Both the position numbers and the translations under genes were made by a program. From the NCBI GenBank assembly GCA_039621445.1, contig CP154954.1, positions 29,149,411-29,213,410 of the forward strand: a stretch of 64,000 bases of DNA. The letters run 5' to 3'. Under the pieces are notes generated by a model, which searched no databases, had not been told where the DNA came from, and saw only the letters and a list, made by a program, of their open reading frames with translations. Of this stretch, positions 52,984-64,000 are shown one piece after another (position 1 is the first letter of the stretch; each line of letters begins with the position of its first letter). Origin of the DNA: Euglena gracilis (lineage: Eukaryota).

Positions 52984-55900
52984 TATATATGTATGTACAC
53001 GTCAGGAAAAACGAAGGTTTCGAACCAGTTATTCCAACGAGTTGTGTGACATGTCTGGAGCGACAGATTCATGTTCTTTTCTGTCACACAGGTGGGTTGT
53101 CCACCCTGGCTGTCACGACTCTGGGTTTTGCTGCATCTGTGCTGCCTGTAATTGCCGGTGATACATTCCTGTTCGACGGGGACCGACTTTCCACCATTTG
53201 GACAATGTGATGTGCAGTTAAATTAGGCACAAAAGCCTTTCCACAACTGTGCCGCTGTCGACAGACCAAAACGTTTGTCCACATGTCGAACATTCACATG
53301 ACACAAATTTACGAAGTGAGGGTTGATGTGCGCATTTGCACACCAACCACGTGTGTATTTTGTTTCAGTGGTTGGTGTGCGCATTGGTGCACATTGAACA
53401 CTTGTGCATTTGTGGATGGTTCATGTGCGAAATTGCGCGCACCAACCATCTACTGTTGTGAAGCGAAGAAACTCTGACTTTTGGTAATGCGAGATGTGCA
53501 GTAGAACACGCCTATGACATGAGAAAGTTTTCTTCACTCTGTGTGCAAAGTTGTATGTCTTATCTCCAACACGCACGACCGATTGTTTGTGCGTCATAGG
53601 TTTGGAAGTTACGTGGGAGGAATTGATGACGTGTAACCCCTGCGTGATTTTTGGAATTTGGATTTTTGGATGTTGGATTTTCTTTAAAAAAATAAGGACT
53701 TCCAGAATTTCAAAATTACGCATGTGTAATATATTCCTGTTTTCTCGGCCGGGAATCGTTTTTACGTTTTTACGACTACAAATGTCTCATTTTTTTCCCC
53801 TCAGAAAACATGAAACACACCAGTTTTTTCACAATATCTGTCCCCGTACTTTCACGCAACCCAAGCATCTGTAAACATAAATTATTATCTCCCACCAAAA
53901 CAGCAAGCTTTGCTGATGCTGCCATTTTCCATTGTTTCCATGGACCTGCAACATGCCGGCACCCCCCAGTATGCTGTCCCAGTTGTGGGGGATAACATGG
54001 CCACCTCGGTGGTTGCTGCTGCATTGGGGGATTGATGACAGCCTTGTGGATGCTGAAACGCCACCACCCGTCGTCACCTGATGCGACCGTTGCAGCAAAA
54101 CACCAGCCAGGGGGCAAGGGGCGGGGGTTTTCGAGGTCCACCCCTTTCCCAAGCGGCACCGTTGCACATGAGCTGCGACGTGCTAACGGTGGGCTGCCGT
54201 GACCTGCTAGAGTCCTGTAGAGACCTGACGGTCTCCACATGGATTTAGACCTGTCAGTCGGCAAGAATAGGCCCTAAAAATCATGTCTGTCCAATCGTGC
54301 CACTTCTCGCTCTTGTAACCCCTTGTGACGCCGGTGCCAAAATCAAATGTTTGTCGGAGTGCGAAATGCACAAATCGACCAAAAAAAAGCTTAAATGTGT
54401 GATGTGCTGCCCAAGATGCTGGTTCTAAAGGAATGCAATTTGTTGGCCAAAAAGATCAGAAAAATGACAAAAAATTGGTCTGAAAGGAAAAAGATTGGGC
54501 CAAAACATGCAGTTTCCCCCCCAAAAAAATGATGAAATTTCCCAGAAATAAAAAATCACCGAAAAAAAAAACACAAAAAAGTAACACAAAACAAGCTCAA
54601 GGACAAAATTTTGCCAAAATCAAAAAATACACAAAAACTGTATTTGTGTAACCCCTGCCAACAATTCCGATGACAAGCTCCCTCTAAGGCTGAGGAGAAC
54701 CCTGTTAAAAAAGAACGGGTTCTGGCCTATTAAAACCCAAACGAGAAACATGACTTGGAAAATGCACCTAATAACCGGCCCTTTGGTAAACTTCCTTGCA
54801 GTACATCCCATGTTGTGCCAGGTGCAAGCAGGGCGGTCCTTAAGCAAATAAAGAAAAAAAAACTCCGCTGTCCCAGCACACTCAATGAAAATATACAGGA
54901 AAATGGGCAAAGAAATTTGGCATTTTTCGGCAACAACGGGTGTTAAGGGGAAAAAAAACTGATTCTTGGCATCCTTCGACCAGTCGCCCATCCACCCGAA
55001 TCATCAAAAAATGTGTTTTTTGGACTTTTCAATCATGGACCCCGTTCAAGTCCCAGTCCGGCCGTCCTTAAGAAAATAAAAAAAAACTTTCCTGCCCCTT
55101 GAGGACCGCCCTGGGTGCAAGAAACATTCCCCTGCGTAGGTGCCCCAATTCTATCAGGACCAAAGCACCACATGGCCCAGGAGGGGGTGAAGCACCTCCA
55201 ACAAAAGCATCAAGGACAGAGAATCAATTCTCCTGAATAATTCTGCCGAAATATCCCATTGTTCACCGATCTCAACTTCGCATAATCCCTGGTTTTTTCT
55301 TGAATTAATGCACTCTATCTGTGATGCCTTGGTATTGATCTTTGTTCAAGAAAAACACAGACCATGCCTTCCCAGGTGGTCCCTTGCTGGTTAAATTTCT
55401 TCACGATCCCAGTGAAAAAGAAAGTTTAATTTCTCACCATTTTTAGATGCAATTAAAATTAATGAACGGGAAGGATTAGAATCAGGATTCCAGGGTTTCA
55501 AAGTTAGGGTTTCGGATCGAGGTTAAAAGGAGTCAGGAATCCTTTCCTGACCCAATCCCAATGGGGCCGGATTTCACTAACTCGCTGTCCTAATCCATTT
55601 GCGTGGGACACAGACTTCCCACTGCACACAACCCCGTTTCATCAGATGTTGGCGGCTGACAAGAAAAAGGGGGGAAAGGGGTGAATCCAGACGGAGGAGT
55701 GAAGTGTCGAGCAGCGCGGCAGGGATCGGGGGGGGGCAACATGGGTGGGGTGGGGGGCAGCGCAGGAGAGGCCATGAGCGCAGTGAGTCTCGGCTCCGGG
55801 GGGGTGGGGGGGACACCCTACCGCACCCCGATGGGCCGCGGGGGCCCTCCTGTTGGCCCCCCGTGCCTGGCGGCGGGAGTCCTCCACCGCTATGTGGCCG

Positions 55901-57912
55901 ACCGGCTCTGGACCGATCGGGTGTGGCCCACCGCCCTGTGTAAGGCCCGTCCTGCCTCTCGCAGGCTGCGGACTTCGGCCGACCCTGGACCTGGGGCCAA
56001 CAGTGGCAACAGCAATTATGGGAAAATAATTCTGGGTGAACGCTCAGGGGGGATACCCACCCCACAGTGCCGGCACCGTGTGGCTCTGCGTGGGCACTGC
56101 GTGGCACCGCGTGGCGCTGCATGGCACCGCGGGCCATTAAAACCACTTGTTTTTGCATCATTGGCTTTTTCGGGCCATCCACCCCGCAGTGCCGGCACTG
56201 CGTGGCACTGCGGGCCATTTAACCCGCATGCAACCACCTTCAATGATGTGGCACCATGCAGGTCTTCCTTGGGCATTGTTCTACATTTCCAGCCAGAAGT
56301 GGTCAAATTGGCCCAAAAGGCAAAAAAGTTGCACAAAACGACCAGAATTGCCCTTGTGGGCATCCCCAGGGAAATCGGGGTGGTTTGTGGCAATATTTGT
56401 TTTCTGTGAGTTTTGCCTGGACGTAATGGCCTGTCAGATGGCCTGCTCCTGCAGCCACTCCCTGCCCCCCAAATAACAACACCCCTTTTTTGACAACCAA
56501 AATCTGGGTCCGAGGGGGTGGGTATCATTTGGGGGTGGTTGATATTATTTGAGCCTAAATTTAAAAAAACAAGAATTGGCCAAGCAAAGCCTCCAGGCCC
56601 CGCGGTCCTTTGCTTTGGAACTTTAAATATTCTTCTGCACAATGTCCTTCTTGAAACGTTTTTCTGAAAAAAAATCAATCATTGATTTCGTGGTTTTTGC
56701 AATATTTTTTGCAATTCTTTCTCTTTTTTTTCTGAAAAAAATCAATCATCGATTTTGTGGTTTTCGCAATATTTTTTGTATTTATTTCTCTTTTTCAGCT
56801 TAACCCTTTCTCAGTGCTGGGGGGGGGGGTATTAGCGAGGCAGCCCAACCAAAGGGAGGGGGTATTATTTGATGGGTTATAATTTGGGGGGGGGGGGGCA
56901 TTATTGGGGGGGGGGGCTTAGTCCACGGGTGGATTCCGGCAGCGTGGAACAAAATCATGCAATGGGCTCGCACTCGCAATACAGGGACTTCGGGCCAAGG
57001 TCCGCAGGGAAAGAAGCAAAGAATGCCATACGCCGACCAGCCTCGACGTGATGTGCACAGGTTGGATGCACAGAGGGGTGAGGGAGGGTAGTGTTGGAAG
57101 CCATCTGTGGAAGCCACCCCAGGGGAGGGGAGGGAGGGCACAGCCCTCTGCCATGCCGACCTGCCTCCACCTCCCCAGGGGACCCACGGACGCGACGTAG
57201 GGACCCAGGCTGGAGCGCAGGCGCCCTCTTTTCAGAGGCGAACAGCGCTGGGGCTCCTTCCTGCCGGGCCATGGGCAAAAATGACCCCAAATTGTTCTCG
57301 CCGTACGGCGCCTTCGGCACCGGAGCGCGTTGGCCGAGTGCCGAGGCAATTTTGCCATGTGCCCCATGCCCCCAGATCTGAGTGCTTCAAAGTGCCTGTG
57401 CGGGGGTGGGGTCGGCCACGCCTTAAAGCTCAGACGTTGGCCACCACTGTGGGATGCTGACGGGTGCTTTATGGGTGAACCCCCTGGGTCCACCCACTTA
57501 GGCGGCCTGACTCGCACTTAGCTTTGAAAGTGACTGTAAATTTTCGTCGACGCGCAATCCTGTAAATAAAGTTCTGTTTTCGAACACCGAGGCCTGAGGT
57601 TCAGAATAGTCCGCATTAGTGTCTCCCTACACCCCCAGGGCCTGGGGACAAACCAACGACTTGGAACTCCACAATCTACATGCACAGCGCTCCCGGGTCC
57701 AGTGTGCATGAACACAAAGCGCCGGGTGTTGAAACGAGGGGACTCCATTGCGCAATTGCGCTTTGGCGCAACGATTTTTTCTTTTTCATTACAAAAAATA
57801 AAGTGCATTGCACTTTGGCGCAAAATTTTATTTTTTTTGTAATTCAACATGTGAGTGACCATTGCCGCACTTGCACAATAACAACAACATATGTGTCAAC
57901 ATGTGTTAACAT

Positions 57913-58313
57913 TGTGCCACAGCGCAATGGGCAGGCTTATGAAGAATAGAAATTTAAGACTTATATTGCGACAACGCGCAAGAGAAATACAATTTTTAAA
58001 ATTGTAAAGCAGCGTGGGTGTTGCGCTGAAGCGCAATACAACTGCTTGAAACGTATCCCACAACGGAGGGAAAAAATCTGCCAGAAACGGCCCTGGTAGA
58101 GTTTGAACACCAGAGGGGAAAGAGGACAAAATGTCGGACAGGGGGACGAAAGCCTGCTCTCAGTCACGTTGCCTAAAAATTGGTCAACGTTGCGCATCGG
58201 CGCAACAGACACGTTGCTTCTGCAATTTTAAAAATGTATTTCTATTGCGCTTTGGCACAATATAACTCTTAAATTCCCATTCTTCATAAGCCTGCCCGTT
58301 GCGCTGTGGCGCA
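57913..58313. repeat. Long imperfect inverted repeat (~100-bp arms)
   Basis: GCCACAGCGCAATGGGCAGGCTTATGAAGAAT / ATTCTTCATAAGCCTGCCCGTTGCGCTGTGGC. Confidence 0.75.
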
Positions 58314-59424
58314 ACAGCCATTAATTTTTAATTTATTATTTTCATCACTGCGGGTGGAGAGAGCATTCCTGGAAGCATCTCATTACCAGAGCGGACAGGG
58401 CTAAGGTGGAGGGAAGCCTACAGAAGCCAACCCCCTGGTGTGTGAAAACAACCACCCAGACGTGATACCCAGACGTGTCCTGTCCTATGTGTTGTGAGCC
58501 CAAATGCCATTGCCGGACGTTCCTCCCACTTGCCTCGCAGTTAGGCATGCCTGAGGGGCCCTTCTTTTTGGCCGACTTTTGAAAGTCGGAAAATTTCTGT
58601 TTGGAAAAGAACAGGCATCAGATGAACTCTGGGAATCACAGCCGAGAAAACAGCTTTGGGCACCGAAAAAGTGTTTTAAAGAAGCTCGTCACCACCCTTT
58701 CCTCACCCAGGACTTGAAGCACACCACTTTGGGGATGAGCGACTGGAATTGAGAAATTGAAATGGTCCACCAACGACGGCGGAGAAGGGCAGACATGGTG
58801 CCACACCTGTTTCGGTAATTTGCAACCCACCAGACAGCCACATGACACCAGGCTGATGGAGGTAGGTCGTTGTTCAGCTAAAACAGGTCTTTCTATCAAC
58901 ATCCCAAAAAACCCACTTTGTGCACTGAGTGCAAGGTCACCGAGGCTCCACAGCCCACGCCCACAATTCGTCTTATTGGAACAGCCACTCCCTCTCCAGT
59001 GCCTGAATAGGTGAAAAGCACAAACCTAGCTTTGGGCACAGCAGCGCTCAAACCCCCCTCATCATTACCCTCTATCCCCCACCTTCTCCCACAGCACCAG
59101 CACGAACGCATTCGAATGCATCTACCATTTGAAAGGACATTGCGCTTAAGCACAATAGTTGTACATTGCGCTTCTGCGCAATGTATAACTGCCCGGCCCC
59201 GCCTGCATCGCCCGCGTCACGAGCAGCTCCCGTGCCGCACTGGAGCAACTGTCGTATGCCGCGACCATTTGGGGGGGGGGGGTTGTCGGCCGAAGGAGGC
59301 GATGCATCGAATCCAGGGAGGGCTGCGGCGTGTTGGGCGATTCCTTTGAGGGTTTCCGGCTTCCCTTTTTCTGTGAATCCCCCAATTGGGTGGGCGCGCC
59401 CACTGCGCTTAAGCGTAATGGTTA

Positions 59425-60098
59425 ACAGAAGCCCCTGAGCTTATGGGAGTCCCTGTGATATGTTACAGTGTGTTGGGGGCCCCTCTCTGCACGGTCAGTG
59501 TGCGGCATACAATTTTTTACCGCCCCCCCCCGGGGGGGGAGGGGGGGTCACTCCACTTTTTGAAAAACCAGTTAGTCACTTTTTTTGGGAAGCCAGTCAG
59601 TCACTACCCCCCAGGGGGGGGGGGTCGGCCACTCAGAAAAACGGCCACTTTCCAGTCACTTTAGGCCATTTTAGGCCAAAAAAAAATTTCCTGGCGCCTT
59701 CGGCGCCAGGGTCACTCAAGCCACTTTTGCCCACCCCTGGCCGACCCCCCCCCCCGGGGGAGGGGGTCCGGGCCCAAAAAACCAGCCAGTCACTCTGAAA
59801 AAACCAGTCAGTCACCCCCCGGGGGGGGGGGGGGGACAGTGCTTAAAAAATTGTCTGGTGTGCGGGCTTGGTGAGGAAATACATTGGGCCCAAGCGCAAT
59901 GGACATGCCTACATAATGCAATGCTTGTTCATTCAGATTACACATCAGCCACGTGTTTGCACTTCTCATTTTTGTATGAGCTATTTCGCTTCGGCGCAAT
60001 GTATTTCCTCACCAAGCCTGCACACTAGCCGTAAAGAGAGGGGCCCCCAACACACCGTAACACATCAGAGGGACTCCCATAAACTCAGGGGCTTCTGT
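59425..60098. mobile_element. TIR element (~70-bp TIRs, TA flanks) with a nested C/G-hairpin-ended element at ~59517-59840
   Basis: ACAGAAGCCCCTGAGCTTATGGGAGTCCCT / AGGGACTCCCATAAACTCAGGGGCTTCTGT. Confidence 0.75.
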
Positions 60099-61453
60099 TA
60101 TACATTGCGCTTATGCGCAATGTATTTTCATTGCGCTTAAGCGCAATGAAAACGCAATGTAAAACTGTTGCGTTTAAGCGCAATGTCCATAACCATTGCC
60201 TTCTGGGCACAAATTTACAATTTTTGCGAAAAATCTGGGACCCTATACCCTGACACACGGAGAACAGTTTCTGAACTGTTGCGACCCCCTATTGGAGGGA
60301 TGTAACTCCCGGTGGTTTGGTGGGCATGTTACTTACCGGGTGACACGAATGGTGCGGAGGGTGAGATTGGTGCTCTTGGATGCCAAACAGGTGAGAAGCA
60401 CACACCCGCTGATACGACATTTGGCGTTGGCGCTGACACGGTGCCTGAACTGGCTTGGGTACTGCAGCCACCCATAAGGACACATGGAGCCTTATTACAC
60501 CACATACAACATGCTGTGTTGGCCCAACTGATGTGTGTTTATGCGCGCACTTGCACGCACAAACAAATTTATATTTGTGGGTGCATTTGCGCGCACAAAC
60601 ATAAAACTTTGAAGTTAAAAATACATATTTGTGTACGCAAATGCACCCACAAACAAATTTTGTTTGTGCGCGCAAATGCGCGCACCAACATCTTGGGGAA
60701 ACTGATATATGGATGGTTTGTGCATGGGCGTGAACTGAACAATATGTCCATGTTAAAAGACACTGATGATTACCATGATCCCACGAGGTTTTTGGACGTG
60801 ATAGACATGTTGGTGCGCGCATTTGCGCGCACGAACAAAGTTTGTGGGCGCAAATGCGCACACCAACATTTAATCATACACTTCAAAACAGTGTGCACGC
60901 GTACATGCGAGCCTTGATGCACACAAATAAAGTTATGTTGGTGTGCGCAAATGCGCGCACCAACACACATCAGTTGTGAGACACCATCTCCTCGTTTGTG
61001 ACGTCTGGCGAACGCAGTTCCGCACGCCAACCATTGATATGCAGGCGAATGAATTGATGACGTGTAAACGACCTGTGACTGTTCGACGCTTTTTCTGCAA
61101 CAGCACTGCATAACAAGAATTCAAAATTTGGTACTTGAAATACCTGGGATGTGTCGGGCTGGAATCCATTTTCCGGTATTCTCCACCATATTCCTCAATT
61201 TTTCCGGGTGTGGTAAAAGCCACCGCTTTCATGCAACCAATCGAGGGGTAATGGTTCAACACTTCCTTGCACCCAAAGTGATGGGTGTTTGAGGGCAACC
61301 TTTCTCCGGATGCCGGTTGCCATACACCAGCACCACGTCGTCCCCCCAGTCTGATACCCCGGTTGTGGGGAATAACGTGGCCGCTTCGGTGGGTGCTGTT
61401 GCACCGGGGAGGTCGATGCCGGCCTGGTGGGTGCTGAAGCATCAGTGGCTAAT

Positions 61454-61828
61454 CAGACTTTCATTTAGTGTGCCGCGGCGAAGTTTGCCGCGGCGCAAAA
61501 AAAAATTCCACGGCGCACGTGGCGCGCAATTGAATTTTAGCCGCGGCACACCCGCAGCGCACCTGAAACGCTGCCACCGCACCAACAACACACCTGCGGC
61601 GCGCCAATGATGTTCCACAGCACATGCTATTTTTTTTTGGTCGCGGCACGGACAGGCGATAATTGGGATGGCCATGCTGCAGCGCACGCGGCGCTGCTGT
61701 GGTGCACGCGGCACTGCCGCGGCGCACAGAAGGAAATATTCCGCGGCGCACGCAGTCACAAAATTTCCGATGCCGCAGCACACGCGGCGCAGGAAAAAAA
61801 TTTCCGCGGCGCACTAAATGAAAATCTG
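61454..61828. mobile_element. hAT-like MITE with 8-bp TSD
   Basis: CAGACTTTCATTTAGTGTGCCGCGG / CCGCGGCGCACTAAATGAAAATCTG; flanks TGGCTAAT / TAGCTAAT (7/8); TIR related to 17564-18557. Confidence 0.8.
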
Positions 61829-64000
61829 TAGCTAATGTGGCTGCAGCAGTGGAGCCCAAGCTGCGGGCCAGCGGCAGGGCCTTTGGGATCCTAAAATCGG
61901 TGCTGGCGGACGTGCACCGTAATCGAGTGGCTGCGTAACCACCTTCAGAAGATCCTCCATCTCAACCTTTCCTCGGACCGTCACTAGACCAGAACTGGCG
62001 CCATAATACCAGGTGTTGGAGGAGACGGTGTGGTCGTTGGGGTTGAACCCCTTCAGAGGCCAGAGCCGGTGGGCGTTGCAGGGCCAAGTGATGTCGCTTC
62101 TTTATTCCTCCGTTGGTTTATCCTCCGTTGGTGGTTCATTTGCTTTAAAGCGCGCGTCACGTTGTTTGTGGGCGCAAATGCGCAAATGAACCACTTGTGA
62201 ATTTGTGCAATTTCTGCAGGTAGTTCATTTGCGCATTTGCGCCCACCAACAGCATGACGCGTGCTTTAACGCACGTGAACCATCAACCATTTACCGGCGT
62301 TTGACGGTTGTGCTTTGTCACACCATTTATCGACCATTCAGAACCCATGAACAAATTGTGTTGGTGCGCGCATTTGCGCGCACAAACACATTTTTGTTTG
62401 TGCACGCTTTAGTGACAATGAACTGGCACCGTCAACAAACAGTGTGACAAACCCACCGATTTATGTTCCTTGACGGCCTGCTGGTTCGCGCAGACACAGC
62501 CCCATTGTCATTGTTTATCAACGGTGTCAGCTCATGGGTGTTAAAGCTCATCCCTTGTAGGACAAATTTGCGTTTATGGGCGCAAATGCGCGCACAAACA
62601 AAATTATGTTGGTGCGCGCATTTGCGCCCATAAAAAAAATAAACAGAACTTTGTCCTTCAAGGGATGGGCTTTAACTTCCAGGTTCTTTGAACAACAAAC
62701 ATGGTTTTGCAGATCCCGGGCATAAGTTGGGTGGGAGACACTTGTCCTCTTCATTCCGCTCCCTGTGGACCCTATTTCTTCCCCTCTGTGCATCCCATGC
62801 CAACACGCCCGACACTTACCTTCCTTACCTGATGCCCTTCCCACCACTAGGTATCACGACCCACGTTAGTTAACAAACCACAGAAAACACACGCTGGACG
62901 TGCCCGCAAACTCTGGACGTGCCGCAAAGCAGTCCAGCAAACAAACACCCAGGATGCACACTGCCGGCAGTTTGTTGAGCACACCCAAGGACACAGCCGA
63001 AAGGAGCAAGAAGGGCAGTAAGGTCCCGTTCCTTGTTCCGCTTTTTTTTTTTGCGATTTTTTTCACCTCCCGGGGGAACGGTCCCGGGGTTTCGACGTGT
63101 GGAGCCCATTTTCCGTTAACCCCCCAAAACACCATGTGCCAAAAGCCGAGGTCCCACCAAAAAATGCTTGCCAAGCCCCGGAGGGTCACTAATTGACTGG
63201 GATTGACGGACGGAACAAGTCATAAACAATTTTTTTTTCAGCATCTCCTTTCTGTTCGGGCCGTGTCGCCGTGTTTATCTTATTCGGGAGAAGGGCCTCT
63301 GCAACCAGCACCACCAAGTGTTGGGGGTTCGAATCCACAACCTTCCAAGCAAACCTAATTTCTCTCATTTTTTTGCACTCTTCTCTCCTTGTGCGCCGGT
63401 TTTCAAACCCCCCTGACCTTCACAGTCCGGAATCTAAAAATTCGAAATTTCCGCAAATCTGAATTTTTTTGCGCAAATGCCGCAAATCAACTAAAAAAGC
63501 TTAAGTGCAATCCGGCCGCTAAGCACCGGAACTTTTTGGGACAAAGACCCTGGTGCGATTGCCCTCAATCCCCCCAAGCCCTCCCCCTGTTGTGGGTTCC
63601 GGCGGCTGTAACACCCCTTTTGCACTTCAACACCAGGGATCACACTCTTATGACCCGCCAGAAATTTTTTTCGACTTTTTCACAACGGGGGGTGGGGGGG
63701 GGGGGTGGGGGGGGGGGGGTGTAGAAGTCCACCCTCTGGATGCATAGCAAGGCAACTCTTCGGGCAACATGTGCCCGGGGCAGAGCCGGAAAAAAAAAAA
63801 AGCAACAGAAATGGCCATTGTTGACATACAAATAACACCCAGCCTGTGTGCAGCACCATCTAGGGAACACAGTTGAGGCTTCAAAAACGAGGGACTCGCA
63901 ACGGGGGGTTTTGGCCCTTTTTGGGAAAATTCACGTGCCCCGGCGTTCAAACCCAGGGTTTTGAACCTTTTTTAAAATGGTGCACAGGAGAAACACCAAG

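Noticed and set aside
52000-64000. Protein-coding gene or autonomous transposase / reverse transcriptase
   Set aside because: Only short ORFs without recognisable motifs; the region is dominated by non-coding repeats.

Overview
Eukaryotic, intron-rich genomic DNA, most likely from a euglenid: several introns lack GT-AG ends and have base-paired termini with the +4..+6 / -8..-6 (CAG/CTG-type) geometry of euglenid nonconventional introns. Two spliced minus-strand genes can be reconstructed. One is a 9-exon SDR / 3-ketoacyl-CoA reductase-like gene (1264-6357). The other is a large DEAH-box RNA helicase gene (stop at 7128, extending to at least 41888) with an N-terminal SPRY domain and a PAM2-like motif. 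The standout feature lies in a ~10 kb intron of the helicase: about 14.4 near-identical ~661-bp tandem units (23870-33413) embedded in a (CT)n microsatellite. Each unit carries a complete type III hammerhead ribozyme on the pre-mRNA strand, with a potential 10-bp loop I/loop II kissing interaction. This looks like a retrozyme-like / circular-RNA-derived element. Introns and the right-hand ~17 kb are packed with microsatellites and non-autonomous TIR elements, several with CAG...CTG ends and 8-bp TSDs. All gene models were built by eye and need transcript confirmation.
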